DNA of 64,000 bases from Trueperaceae bacterium (GCA_965213925.1 OZ243927.1:2272001-2336000); one strand, 5' to 3'; shown: positions 32,476 through 42,738, numbered from the stretch's first letter. The notes: generated by a model not told the origin, from the letters alone. A program made the numbers and translations.

Positions 32476-32853
32476 ATGGAACAGAAAAACGTTTACGGCG
32501 AACCCTTAAAACCCTGTAGCCATGACCCGGTCACCGGCTTTTACCGCACGGGCGGCTGCGAAACCGGACCGGAAGACGCGGGCGTCCACGTCGTGTGCGC
32601 CGAGGTAAGCCAGGAATTTTTGGAGTACAGCAAGTCGCGCGGCAACGACCTCATGACGCCGCGCCCCGAGTTCGGCTTTGCGGGGCTCCAACCTGGCGAC
32701 CGCTGGTGTTTATGCGTGGACAGGTGGAAAGAGGCGTTAGACGCGGGCGTTGCGCCGAGCGTCATTTTAGAGGCGACGCATGAGAAGGCGCTTAGGGTAG
32801 TAGGGTTAGAGGTGTTGGAGGAACACAAAGTCAACTCTGTTGCAAAAGATTGA
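32476..32853 (+). CDS. DUF2237 family protein
   Basis: NVYGEPL..CS..P.TGFYR.G.C, GNDLMTP, PGDRWCLC. Confidence 0.9.
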   Translation: MEQKNVYGEPLKPCSHDPVTGFYRTGGCETGPEDAGVHVVCAEVSQEFLEYSKSRGNDLMTPRPEFGFAGLQPGDRWCLCVDRWKEALDAGVAPSVILEATHEKALRVVGLEVLEEHKVNSVAKD

Positions 32854-33054
32854 AGCGCGCTAAAACATCCCCTCCCGCTTCTCCTCTTCGTAAAGCCTTT
32901 CACCCACAAACGACTTGAGCAGCATCTGATAGCCCATTCCCTTCTTGCGGGCGAGCCTTTTAAGCCGCGTAAGCGTGTCTTGCTCGAGCCCCTTACAAAA
33001 TCCTGACTCAAACCCGTAAGAATCTCGTCAGAGGCTCTGTACTAAACTCTTTTC

Positions 33055-33144
33055 AGGTAAGCGCGAACGACATCAACACCATCCCCTTGACGCGCTTACC
33101 GCTCTCTCCCTCCTTGCCCCGCCGCCCAAGCGGGGTCTTTTTTT
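33055..33144 (+). ncRNA. Candidate ~90-nt sRNA
   Basis: TAAACT box at 33043-33048; perfect 10-bp stem 33056-33065/33091-33100; single-stranded CTCTCTCCCTCCTT; terminator GCCCCGC/GCGGGGT plus T7. Confidence 0.55.
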
Positions 33145-33149
33145 GTCTG

Positions 33150-33917
33150 CTACGCTTCACGCTCGAACCCAGTCAGCCTCTCCAAACACGTCGCCACCTC
33201 ACCTGGATAACGCGGCGACCACCAGAGCAGGAGCCCGTCCAGGTCGCCTTTTCGCATGTGTTCACTCACCCGCTGCAAACACGCCGCGCCCGCCTCCGCC
33301 GTGACGCCGTTGCGCGAGGCGGGGTCTAGGCTGATCTGCACGGAGATAGGGTGGCGCGCCTCAAGGACCCGGCGCTGTTCTACTAACCTCTCTAGCGCTT
33401 CGGTAAAAACAGCCGGATCTTTTTTGCAGTAGGTCTGCGTCTGCACAAAAAGCGCGTCCACTTCCGCGCCCAAAGAGGCGTAGTCCCAGCCGTGCTTAAA
33501 GAGGTAACGCTGATAGAGAGGTCGCCCCGTCGGTTTACCGAGGGCGCTCAGGTTTCTGGCGTGCGCAAGCGCTCTCACGGTGGCGAAGTGGCGCAAGGTG
33601 TCCGCGAACGTCCAGGTGAATTCGGGCGCGTTGCTGAAATTCGGCTCGTAGATGTAGACCACGCCTCCTACAGGCGGGCTGACATGGGCGGCGAGGCTGC
33701 GGATGTGCTCTAACCCGGCTGTCGCCGCGAGCAGGGTACTTCGGGGAAAATGCGTTTCTAAGCGCTCGGCTGAGCGGTTCACCCAGGCGACGTCGAGGGG
33801 TTTATTCATGTTGCCCGAGACCAGCATGAAGGTGACGTCTGGGGGGATATGCTGAGCGAGCGGCCCTGTGGCAGCCTCGAGCCCCCGCGCGTTATAGATG
33901 GGTAAGGTGAGTCTCAT
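33150..33917 (-). CDS. Hypothetical protein
   Basis: 255-aa ORF with normal composition; no family recognised. Confidence 0.65.
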   Translation of the reverse strand: MRLTLPIYNARGLEAATGPLAQHIPPDVTFMLVSGNMNKPLDVAWVNRSAERLETHFPRSTLLAATAGLEHIRSLAAHVSPPVGGVVYIYEPNFSNAPEFTWTFADTLRHFATVRALAHARNLSALGKPTGRPLYQRYLFKHGWDYASLGAEVDALFVQTQTYCKKDPAVFTEALERLVEQRRVLEARHPISVQISLDPASRNGVTAEAGAACLQRVSEHMRKGDLDGLLLWWSPRYPGEVATCLERLTGFEREA

Positions 33918-33968
33918 CGCTTAACAGCGTGACGCTCGAGAGCCCGACTTAGCCATGTGCCGCGTCCG

Positions 33969-34202
33969 CTAGCCTTTACGCGACCTCTTGGCCGCGTCCT
34001 CTTTTTCCTTCTGCCGCTTGAAACGCGCCACCTCGCGCTCTTTGGCTTTGAGCTTACGGAGCAGTTCTTCGCGCCGCTCCACGTCCTCGTCGTAGCGGCG
34101 AATAATCCACACGCTCATCCAGATAAGGAGCGCGATCGGCACGACGATGATCCAGAAAATCCAGAAGACGTCCCAGAAGCTCAGTGAGAGTAGGAAGTCC
34201 AT
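33969..34202 (-). CDS. Small single-pass membrane protein
   Basis: Hydrophobic N-terminus followed by a charged coiled-coil. Confidence 0.6.
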   Translation of the reverse strand: MDFLLSLSFWDVFWIFWIIVVPIALLIWMSVWIIRRYDEDVERREELLRKLKAKEREVARFKRQKEKEDAAKRSRKG

Positions 34203-34444
34203 CAGGTGTACCGCCCTCTACATCGTCTTGCGAAGAGGACGAGGGGCGTCGGGTGACTTTGGCACGTCGGTCTCAGTAACACCCGTTCATCTTATCGCTA
34301 ACGCGCATGTAGGGCGTGAATGCGGGCACAAAGCTATGCTTGTGAGTAACTCAGGGGTAACGGCATAGTTGGGGCGGACTCCTTGCGGTGAAGTTGTAGA
34401 TACATGCTGTTCAGACGAGCGTTCTCGAGGCTGCGAGGTTGGAG

Positions 34445-35665
34445 ATGGATGAGAAAGAGGTGCGAACGGACATTGTCATCGTAGACGCCGAGCGGCGGGC
34501 GGTGCGTTTGGAAGGGGTCGCGCTCACTGGGGTGAACACATTGCCCAGGGCACTTCGCGCCGCAGTGCGCGAGCGGCTACGCTTAGACGCCGTGCTGCTT
34601 CATGACGGCGGCTTGTCTCTCGGCGAACCGCACGCACCCGTACTCATGGAAGCGTCCGAGCGCTTACCCGCGGACACGACCTCTTGGCGGCAGCCTGCGC
34701 ACGCGAGACCCTGGCAGCAGCTTGGCTGGTTCGCTCAGGCGACGCGGTGGTTGGAGCAAAATCTCAGGGCGCGAGGTGAATACTTGCAAGGCGACGTTCG
34801 GCAGGTCAGTCTCAGCGACCTCGTTTGCGTTTTATACGTGAACACGGACAGAGGTGGCGTCTACTTCAAAGCGAGCGAGACGGCTTTCGAAGCTGTTGTG
34901 ACCTCCTATCTCGCTAATACCTACCCCGACCTCACGCCCAAGGTGCTCGTCCACGACGACGCAAGGGGTTGGCTCGTAACGAGAGACGGCGGAGCGCGTT
35001 TGAGCGCGTCGGCGAGGTTGCAGGACTGGACTGACGCGCTCGAGAAACTCGCCCGTTTTCAGCGTGCTAGCGGTCGAGTCGGGGTCGAAGGCGCGTTCGG
35101 GCACTTAGGGTGTGCGGTCTATCCGTTCGCCGAGCTTTTCGAGCAGGCGAGCGCGTTTTTTGACGACGAGGAGACCTTGGCAGCTTGGGGCTTGCGCGAG
35201 GAGCAGCTCGGGAGGCTCAAGCACCTCTTGCCCACCTTGCGAGACGCGCATAGACGTGTGCAGGCGCTCGAGCTTCCCCTCGCTCGCGCGCACGGCGACG
35301 CTCAACCGATGAATGCTCTTTACAGAAATGCGCGCTGGTTCGATTGGAGCGAGGCGAGTGTGGCACATCCCTTCACCGATGTCGGTTGGTGTCTGGCGTG
35401 GACGCTCAATCCTGCTCGTAAGCTGCCCCTCTTGCGCGCTTACCCGGATGCTCCGGCTCGGTTATGGCGTAATTACCTCCGTGCTCTGGGCGTGCACGGT
35501 GTGAGTCATCTCGACGTAGACGCCCTCAGACGAGACGCGATGAGGTTAGCGCTCGCGCACCGCGCTTTGGTGTGTCACAGAGAATATGCCGACTTCAAGA
35601 GCACAGTTTCGGGTTGGCGACCGCAGTACGTCCCCTACTACTTGAAGCTTTTACTGAGCGTTTAA
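34445..35665 (+). CDS. Aminoglycoside-phosphotransferase-fold kinase
   Basis: VYFKA, HGDAQPMN, FDWSEASVAHPFTD. Confidence 0.8.
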   Translation: MDEKEVRTDIVIVDAERRAVRLEGVALTGVNTLPRALRAAVRERLRLDAVLLHDGGLSLGEPHAPVLMEASERLPADTTSWRQPAHARPWQQLGWFAQATRWLEQNLRARGEYLQGDVRQVSLSDLVCVLYVNTDRGGVYFKASETAFEAVVTSYLANTYPDLTPKVLVHDDARGWLVTRDGGARLSASARLQDWTDALEKLARFQRASGRVGVEGAFGHLGCAVYPFAELFEQASAFFDDEETLAAWGLREEQLGRLKHLLPTLRDAHRRVQALELPLARAHGDAQPMNALYRNARWFDWSEASVAHPFTDVGWCLAWTLNPARKLPLLRAYPDAPARLWRNYLRALGVHGVSHLDVDALRRDAMRLALAHRALVCHREYADFKSTVSGWRPQYVPYYLKLLLSV

Positions 35666-35749
35666 GACTCTGGTCCCAAATAGGTCTAGTTCGGGCGCTT
35701 CTGTGACGCTTTCGCCTCCAGCGCTTTTAGCCTCGTCTATGCTAGTTTC

Positions 35750-36112
35750 ATGCACCTTCACGCCGACTACCTCCTCCGCATCCGTCAGAGCGTCTTGCTT
35801 AGGGCTAAAGTGCTGAGGCTCGAGCTGTACTTCCCCGAGCCGCGCCGAGGCAGCGATCACCTACTCATCGCCTTAAACGGCAGCAAAGAGAACGTTTTGC
35901 GAATCCCCAACTACCTCTTCGACACCTTCGACAAGATCGACGTCGAACTCATCCGCAGCGAGGAGTCGGACGACATATACCGCATCCTCATCGCCGTGAC
36001 CAAAAAGCTCGACGCGCAACCTGCGACCCCTTCTGAGCAGCGGCGTAAATTGAAGCGGCGCGTGTGGCGCGAAGCCGACCTCAAAAACCCGACACACCGC
36101 CTCAATGTATAA
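35750..36112 (+). CDS. Hypothetical protein
   Basis: GC3-rich ORF; TATGCT box 6 nt before the ATG. Confidence 0.65.
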   Translation: MHLHADYLLRIRQSVLLRAKVLRLELYFPEPRRGSDHLLIALNGSKENVLRIPNYLFDTFDKIDVELIRSEESDDIYRILIAVTKKLDAQPATPSEQRRKLKRRVWREADLKNPTHRLNV

Positions 36113-36177
36113 CTAAGTGCAACTATGAAAATTCTTACAAAAACGCGTCTCTGACGGGCTTTGTGTTAGATTGAGTC

Positions 36178-37059
36178 ATGGCAGATATCAGCATTTTAGG
36201 CATCCCGATGGACCTCGGCGCGGGGCGGCGCGGCGTGGATATGGGCCCAAGCGCGATCCGTCTAGCAGGACTAGAGGCGCGCTTGGAACGCTTGGGATAT
36301 AGCGTGCAGGATAAGGGCAACATCGAGGTCCCCGTCGCTGAGGCGCTGCAGAATAAGAACGGACTGCACTACGCGGACTCCATTCGTGAAACTTGCGCCG
36401 CCGTCTACAGAGAACTTCGCGGCGTATCCAAAGAGAGCTTCCCTATCGCGTTGGGTGGCGACCACTCCGTCTCGATGGGGACCGTGGCGGGCGTCGCGCA
36501 AGAGGGTCGCACGGGCGTCCTTTGGATCGACGCCCACGCCGACCTCAACACGCCCGCCACGAGTCCGAGCGGCAACGTTCACGGGATGCCGCTGGCGCAC
36601 CTTTTGGGTCACGGCGACGAGCGCTTCTTAAAGCTGTGGGGCGGCGGCGCGGTGCTGCGCCCCGAAGACGTCGTTTTTATCGGGCTGCGCAGCTTGGACC
36701 CGGCCGAGCGCCGCTTGATCCGCGAACACGGCATCAAGGCGTATACCATGAAAGAGGTCGACGGGCGCGGCGTCGCGGAAATCGCGGCGGAGGCGCTGGC
36801 GCACCTGCAAACGGAGCGCCTGCACGTCTCCTTCGACGCCGACGTGTTGGAGCCCAGCCTCGCCCCCGGCGTCGGCACGCCCGTCCCCGGCGGGCTCACC
36901 TACCGCGAAGCGCACCTGCTCATGGAACTTCTGGCGGACACCGAGAGGGTCACGAGCCTCGACCTAGTGGAGGTCAATCCGATTTTGGACGTCAAAAATG
37001 AGACAGGGCGCATCATGGTGGAGATGGCGTCCAGCCTGCTGGGGCAAGCGATTCTTTAG
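36178..37059 (+). CDS. rocF: Arginase
   Basis: GGDHS, DAHAD.NTP.TSPSGNVHGM, SFDAD, EVNP. Confidence 0.95.
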   Translation: MADISILGIPMDLGAGRRGVDMGPSAIRLAGLEARLERLGYSVQDKGNIEVPVAEALQNKNGLHYADSIRETCAAVYRELRGVSKESFPIALGGDHSVSMGTVAGVAQEGRTGVLWIDAHADLNTPATSPSGNVHGMPLAHLLGHGDERFLKLWGGGAVLRPEDVVFIGLRSLDPAERRLIREHGIKAYTMKEVDGRGVAEIAAEALAHLQTERLHVSFDADVLEPSLAPGVGTPVPGGLTYREAHLLMELLADTERVTSLDLVEVNPILDVKNETGRIMVEMASSLLGQAIL

Positions 37060-37092
37060 AAGGTAAGAATAAAATACCTCAGTACATTGTTA

Positions 37093-38084
37093 ACCTAAGT
37101 TCGGAGTTTCCAAATAGCATAAGCATCTCCTAGAATGAGGGTGTTGAAGGCTCAAAAAAGGAGATGCTTAGGACGAGTTTACTAGAATTGTTCTGCGAGG
37201 TGGATGACTTCTGCAGAGGCTTCGCGCTCTGGGCACATAAACAGCAGCTTGCTGAGAGTAGAAAGCGTGGTCCTAAGTGCCGCTTGAGCGTAAGCGAAGT
37301 GATGACGATCATGATTCACTTTCACAGTTCAGGCTACCGAGACTTCAAGAGCCACTACCAGAAACACGTGTGCAAGCAGCTTAAAGGTGAGTTTCCAGCA
37401 CTGGTATCGTACTCGCGCTTTGTAGAACTGACCTCAGAGGTTTTGCTGCCGCTTTGCGCCTATCTGCGAGCGAGTATAGGTGAAGTAACAGGTATCAGCT
37501 TTGTAGATAGCACGCATGTGGCAGTGCGCCACAACAAACGTATTGAACGCAACAAGGTCTTTGCAGGCTTAGCAGCGCGTGGCTGTACCGGCATGGGTTG
37601 GTTCTATGGTTTCGAGCTGCATCTCATCATCAACGATAAGGGTGAACTGCTCGCCGTCTATCTAACGCCTGGCGATACGGATGATCGCAAGCCGCTCGGT
37701 GTACTTACGCAAAACCTGTTCGGTAAGCTTTTCGGTGACAAGGGTTATCTCTCACAAGACCTCTTCGAAAAGTTCTTTGAGCAAGGCATAGAACTCATCA
37801 CGACCATCCGCAAGAACATGAAAAGCGCGCTGAAGCTTGAGGACAAGATTCTCCTGCGCAAGCGGTTCATCACCGTTCGTCCAGCTTGACTGGATCGAAA
37901 CGGTGAACGATCAGCTCAAGAATATCTCGCAGATTGAGCACACCAGACACCGAAAGCCTGCTAACTTTGCTGTCAATCTCATCGCTGGACTCATCGCCTA
38001 TCAGCACCAGCCCAAGAAGCCTTCGCTGAATCTGGGAGCTGACATTGACCCTCTCCCTGTCCTGATTTGACTTCGAACTTAGGT
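37093..38084 (+). mobile_element. IS982-family insertion sequence with an interrupted transposase (37164-38070)
   Basis: 15-bp TIRs ACCTAAGTTCGGAGT / [43 protein letters not shown]; 22-nt insertion at 37872-37893 shifts the frame. Confidence 0.92.
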
Positions 38085-38135
38085 TACATGTAAGGTGATA
38101 GAATACAGCCATTCAGCCATATCCCGGAGGTCATC

Positions 38136-38378
38136 ATGTCCCTCGTTTGCATTGGAAGCAAACATCAGATTACGGTTCCCATTAAGGTGCGCAAGGAACT
38201 CGGTTTGGATGAGGGTGATTGGCTTTACGCCGAAGTGGAGGGCAACCGCATCGTGCTTACGCCTCAAGTTGTCGTGGAGCAAGTAGATATTAAAGCGGCA
38301 ATTGCCGAGGCTTTAGAGGATGCAAAAGCGGGACGGGTCTCGCCTGCCTTTAGCTCGTCGGAAGAGTTGCAGGCCTAG
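38136..38378 (+). CDS. AbrB/MazE-family DNA-binding antitoxin-like protein (orphan)
   Basis: QITVP..VRKELGL.EGD..EVEG.RIVL.P; GGAGG RBS; no toxin follows. Confidence 0.8.
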   Translation: MSLVCIGSKHQITVPIKVRKELGLDEGDWLYAEVEGNRIVLTPQVVVEQVDIKAAIAEALEDAKAGRVSPAFSSSEELQA

Positions 38379-38437
38379 CTCGACGAAGAGTAAGCGTTTA
38401 TACAGGTTGCACTAGACAGAGCCAAGTCAGCTTTCAG

Positions 38438-39039
38438 TTAATCACGGTCAACATAAGCAAAAATTTCAACTTCAGCGTCTTCGTTTCCAACACCAACCAC
38501 GAACTTCTTGTCGGGAAAGAGGTCAGCTAACTTCCGCCGCCACATTGTCTCGATTTCTCTTGCGATAGAAACGACGACTTCCTGCGGAATATCGTTGTAG
38601 TCAGGGTCGTTCAGGCAAAAATCATCCAAATGTATATGGTTGTAGAGGTATTCAATGCTTGCGAGAGGTCGTCCTTCTTGCTTAAATCTGGCGATAATAT
38701 CCTCGAGGTTTTCCGGTATCCCTCCTTCGCGTAAGATGAGTCCATCTATCTCCACAAACTCAGGACTGAAAAGCTCGAGATATAAGACCATCTGATCGTA
38801 TCTTGCGTAATAAAGCAATTAACATAAACACTGAGCTTGAATCACGCAAGTATCATTCCTTAAAGTGCGTGCTAAACCGCGTTCTCTCTTCTCAGGTTGG
38901 CTCAAACCAAATGATACTTGCTATAGCTCCGATACGACGTTAAACGCTCTTCAATAGATTTAGTAGAAGAGTCATTAGCGACGTACCAACTCTCGAAAGC
39001 AGGAAGCTCCTCAAGAAGTTTGAGTTTTCTATCTGTCAT
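38438..39039 (-). pseudogene. Hypothetical gene split by a 111-bp MITE
   Basis: MTDRKLKLLEELP..TSYRS joins YYARYDQMVLYLELF in frame once 38813-38923 and one TA are removed. Confidence 0.85.
38813..38923 (-). mobile_element. 111-bp TA-MITE
   Basis: TA|TAGCAAGTATCATTTGGTTTGAGCCAA..GTGTTTATGTTAATTGCTT|TA; closely similar to 42750-42860. Confidence 0.92.
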
Positions 39040-39051
39040 TGAGCTGAAAAG

Positions 39052-40056
39052 TTAAAGCGCCCCTTGTGCGTGCAAATACTCCCCAATCTGCACTGCGTTC
39101 AAAGCCGCCCCTTTACGAATCTGGTCGCCCGAAACGAAGAGCGCAATCCCGCCGGGGTTGCTCACGTCTTCGCGAATCCGCCCGACGAGCACCTCATCAC
39201 GCTCGCTCGCCTCTAAGGGCATCGGGAAGTGGTTGTTCGCGCGGTCGTCCACGACCTTGAGACCGGGGGCGCGGCACAAGACCTCTCTCGCTTCCTCCTC
39301 GCTCACAGGGCGCGAGAACTCCGCGTGAATCGCTTCGCTGTGGGCGCGAAAGACGGGCACGCGCACGCAGGTGGCGCTGATGCGAAGGTCACTGTGAGAG
39401 AGGATTTTCTGGGACTCGAGCGTCAGCTTGCGCTCTTCGACGTTGTAACCGTCTTCGCCTACGTCACTGTCGTGCGAGAAGAGGTTAAAAGCGATAGGGT
39501 GCTGAAACTTTTCAGGCGCGACCGCTTCGCCTGCTAGCGCACCTCTTGTCTGCGACTCCAACTCGTCGAAGCCCGCCGCCCCTGCGCCCGAAACGGCTTG
39601 GTAGGTGGCGACGGTCGCCCGCTCGAGCCCGAACGCGCGGTGAAGCGGCGCGAGCGCCATCAGCGCGATGATAGTCGAGCAGTTCGGGTTGGCGATGACG
39701 CCCTGGTGCTTCAAGGCGGCGTCGCCGTTGATTTCAGGGATGACTAGGGGTGCACGTTCATCCATGCGCCACGCGCTGGTGTTGTCGATCACCACTGCGC
39801 CGTGCTGCGCCCAGTTCCAGGCGTGCGCTTTCGAGATGCTGCCGCCCGCTGAGGAGAAGACCACGTCCGCGTCTAAGTTGCCATCTTCGGGTAGCGCCTG
39901 CACCGTTACCTCTCGCCCCGCGAACGTCACCGTTTTCCCTGCCGAACGCGGCGAAGCGTAAAGCTTCAGCTCCGTGATCGGAAAGCTCCGCTCGGCTAAA
40001 AGGTTCAAAAACTCCTGTCCAACGGCTCCGGTGGCTCCGGCAATGGCTACGCGCAT
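39052..40056 (-). CDS. asd: Aspartate-semialdehyde dehydrogenase
   Basis: GATGAVG, NPNCST, TYQAVSGAG, TCVRVPV.RAHS, D.IRKGAALNAVQI. Confidence 0.96.
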   Translation of the reverse strand: MRVAIAGATGAVGQEFLNLLAERSFPITELKLYASPRSAGKTVTFAGREVTVQALPEDGNLDADVVFSSAGGSISKAHAWNWAQHGAVVIDNTSAWRMDERAPLVIPEINGDAALKHQGVIANPNCSTIIALMALAPLHRAFGLERATVATYQAVSGAGAAGFDELESQTRGALAGEAVAPEKFQHPIAFNLFSHDSDVGEDGYNVEERKLTLESQKILSHSDLRISATCVRVPVFRAHSEAIHAEFSRPVSEEEAREVLCRAPGLKVVDDRANNHFPMPLEASERDEVLVGRIREDVSNPGGIALFVSGDQIRKGAALNAVQIGEYLHAQGAL

Positions 40057-40179
40057 ACAGTCTCTCCTTACTTCAACTCGTGAGCGGAAAAGGTCCGCAG
40101 GTTCAGCATAAACTATCACGGGGTTGCGTATCTGCGTTGGGGTATCCTTCATGCTGTATGAGAAGAGCAATGAGCAACG

Positions 40180-40314
40180 AGCAATGAGTTGAAAGTAAAA
40201 ATCTTTGATTTTAACTCACTGCTCACCGTTTCGCGTCTGCGAAAACTTCGTAATCGTTCACTACGTGAGGACTTACGTACACCAGCTCGACTGGGTTGCT
40301 TTCAACTCATTGCT
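40180..40314. repeat. 135-bp element bounded by 19-bp inverted repeats
   Basis: AGCAATGAGTTGAAAGTAA / TTGCTTTCAACTCATTGCT (18/19); internal CGTTTCGCG..GCGAAAACT shared with 61798-61818. Confidence 0.6.
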
Positions 40315-40367
40315 TCTTAGTGGAGGTAACCTCCCATCAAAACTCCTCTTACTCTGAAAGGATTACC

Positions 40368-40922
40368 ATGAAACGCATCGCTATTGACATGGACGAGGTC
40401 ACCGCCGACACCTTCGGCGGACGGGTTAAAAGTTACAACGAGGCTTTCGGCACCTCTTTAGAGCCGGGTGATTTTACGGGTAAAAGCGTCTTTGATGTCA
40501 TTCCTGAAGCGCGCCGCGATGTGATGAAAGTGCACATGCGCGAGCCCGGCTTTTTCACCTCTTTGGGCGTGATGGAAGACGCGCCAGAGGTCATCCGTGA
40601 GCTTACGGAGCACTACGAGGTCTTTATCGTCACGGCGGCGATGGAGGTGCCCACCTCGTTTCACGAGAAATACATCTGGCTGCGCACGCACTTTCCCTTT
40701 CTCGAGCCGATGAACTACGTCTTTTGCGGTCACAAGTACGTCATTAGAGCGGACTACCTGATTGACGACCACGCGCGGCATTTTGAGACCTTTTCGGGCG
40801 AGGGTATCCTCTTCGACGCACCGCATAATGCAGCGGCAGACGTGGACAAAGAGGACTATAGGCGCGTCCATTCATGGGCAGAGGTGCGCGAACTGTTTAT
40901 AAACGAGCTGCGAGCGAGTTAG
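40368..40922 (+). CDS. 5'(3')-deoxyribonucleotidase (NT5C, HAD family)
   Basis: IAIDMDEV.AD, K..WL..HFPF, DYLIDD, LFDAPHN. Confidence 0.9.
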   Translation: MKRIAIDMDEVTADTFGGRVKSYNEAFGTSLEPGDFTGKSVFDVIPEARRDVMKVHMREPGFFTSLGVMEDAPEVIRELTEHYEVFIVTAAMEVPTSFHEKYIWLRTHFPFLEPMNYVFCGHKYVIRADYLIDDHARHFETFSGEGILFDAPHNAAADVDKEDYRRVHSWAEVRELFINELRAS

Positions 40923-40930
40923 AGTAGCGT

Positions 40931-41194
40931 ATGGCGAACGATTGGATAGATTGGGGGAAGCTCGAGCAGACCATCCCCCTAGACGACCTGCCCCGCTTCC
41001 ACCGCGAGTTTTTGAAGCTCACGCGACCCGAGGGAGATTGGGACGCGGCTCCCTTACGGCAGATTCAAGGCAAGGTGCAGGCGAGCTTGAAGAGGTTGGA
41101 GCGTGAGGGCAAAGCGAAGACGGAAGGGGATGCGCTCTTCGTGATGAAAGAGGTCATTCCCGAGGATTTTCAGCACTACACCGATGAACTTTAA
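40931..41194 (+). CDS. Hypothetical protein
   Basis: 87-aa ORF in an operon-like run. Confidence 0.6.
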   Translation: MANDWIDWGKLEQTIPLDDLPRFHREFLKLTRPEGDWDAAPLRQIQGKVQASLKRLEREGKAKTEGDALFVMKEVIPEDFQHYTDEL

Positions 41195-41206
41195 CCTCTT
41201 GCGGCT

Positions 41207-41659
41207 ATGATCTCTAAAGATTCCAAACGACCTCTTTTCATCGTCAACGTCGAAGGTGCAATTCTGCGCGGCGAGCGCTACCTCATGATCTTAAGAGGTG
41301 AAAAGGAAAGTCACGCGGCGGGAACCTTATCTCTACCTGGGGGCAAGGTCGAATTAACTGAAATCGGAGATAATGTCTTAGAGAAGGCGCTAGAGCGTGA
41401 AATCAGGGAAGAGGTCGGGTTAGAGGTCTTAACTATTCGCTATCTCGAGAGCAAGTCTTTCGTCGCAGATGACGGTGAGCCGGTGGTGGATATCGTCTTT
41501 CTCTGTTCTTGTGAAGAGGGCGAAGCGGTGACGGGAGACGCCGAAGTCGAGGCGCTTCACTGGCTTACGGCGCAAGAGGTCTACGCGCATCCGAAAACGC
41601 CTTCTTGGATTCGCCAGAGCGTTGAAAAGGCTGAAAAGGTGCGAGAACCGAAGCTATGA
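41207..41659 (+). CDS. NUDIX hydrolase
   Basis: PGGKVE..ALEREIREEVG Nudix box. Confidence 0.9.
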   Translation: MISKDSKRPLFIVNVEGAILRGERYLMILRGEKESHAAGTLSLPGGKVELTEIGDNVLEKALEREIREEVGLEVLTIRYLESKSFVADDGEPVVDIVFLCSCEEGEAVTGDAEVEALHWLTAQEVYAHPKTPSWIRQSVEKAEKVREPKL

Positions 41660-42738
41660 AATGGAAAAGAATCGTGGTGAAGGTGGGCTCGAGTTCCATC
41701 ACGGACGACTCGGGGCGCATCCATCCCCCGTCGATGTGGGCGATTGCCAGAGGGATGCAGGTTGTCCAAGGGACGTTTGCGTGTAAGGGGATTCTCGTCT
41801 CGTCGGGTGCGGGCGCGGCGGGGCGCGAGCAACTCGGGCTGTCGTTACCGCTTACGATGCCCGATAAGCAAGCGGCTGCGGCGGTAGGGCAGACGCTTCT
41901 GATGCTCGACTGGGCGCGAGCGTTAGCACCCTTGCCCGTCGCCCAACTCCTCCTCACTGCGTCGGACGTGCAAGACCGAGAGAGATACGTCAACGCGAAA
42001 AACGCGCTAGAAGCCTCCCTCAAACTAGGCGCTGTGCCGATCATTAACGAGAACGACTCGGTGACGACCTCGGAAATCAAATTGGGTGATAACGACACCC
42101 TCTCGGCGTGGGCGGCGTATCTGGTCGGGGCGGACGCGCTGATTATCTTGACCGATGTTGACGGACTTTATGACGCGGACCCGCGCACGAAGCCCGCGGC
42201 GAGGCGCTTAGAGGTCGTCGAGAACGTGAAAGAGGTGAGCCATCTGGCGGGCAAGGCGGGCTCGAGCCGAGGCACAGGCGGCATGGTCACGAAGCTGCGG
42301 GCGGCGAAGATTGCGACGGAAGCGGGCATCGAAACGCTCGTTATCGGCGGAGGCGGGGCGGGGTTGGAGGCGCTGGCAAGGGGTGAAGTCAGAGGCACGC
42401 GCTTTCTCGCGCAAGCGCACCCACCCGCGCGTAAAGCGTGGTTGGCGCAGCAGCCGACCAAAGGACGTATCACGGTAGATGCGGGCGCGGCGCGTGCACT
42501 TAAAGCAGGGCGGAGTCTGTTGCCGAGTGGAATTACGGAGGTCTCGGGCACGTTCAGCTTTGGCGACGCGGTGTCTGTCGAGCATGAAGGCTCACCCCTT
42601 GCGCGGGGCTTGGCGAACTACTCAGGGTCCTCGTTGCAGAAAATCAAAGGACGGCAGACGAGCGAGATCGCGTCGGTCTTAGGCTACAAAGATTACGATG
42701 AGATCATCCACCGGGATAATTTGGTCATTGTGGGCTGA
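41656..42738 (+). CDS. proB: Glutamate 5-kinase
   Basis: VVKVGSS, PIINENDSV, GDNDTLSA, GTGGMVTK, C-terminal PUA domain. Confidence 0.96.
   Translation: MKWKRIVVKVGSSSITDDSGRIHPPSMWAIARGMQVVQGTFACKGILVSSGAGAAGREQLGLSLPLTMPDKQAAAAVGQTLLMLDWARALAPLPVAQLLLTASDVQDRERYVNAKNALEASLKLGAVPIINENDSVTTSEIKLGDNDTLSAWAAYLVGADALIILTDVDGLYDADPRTKPAARRLEVVENVKEVSHLAGKAGSSRGTGGMVTKLRAAKIATEAGIETLVIGGGGAGLEALARGEVRGTRFLAQAHPPARKAWLAQQPTKGRITVDAGAARALKAGRSLLPSGITEVSGTFSFGDAVSVEHEGSPLARGLANYSGSSLQKIKGRQTSEIASVLGYKDYDEIIHRDNLVIVG

Noticed and set aside
30973..35665. Acquired aminoglycoside resistance from two APH-fold kinases
   Set aside because: Fold-level motifs only, host-like codon usage, no mobile context.
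40057..40180. Lysine riboswitch upstream of asd
   Set aside because: No L-box consensus motifs found.
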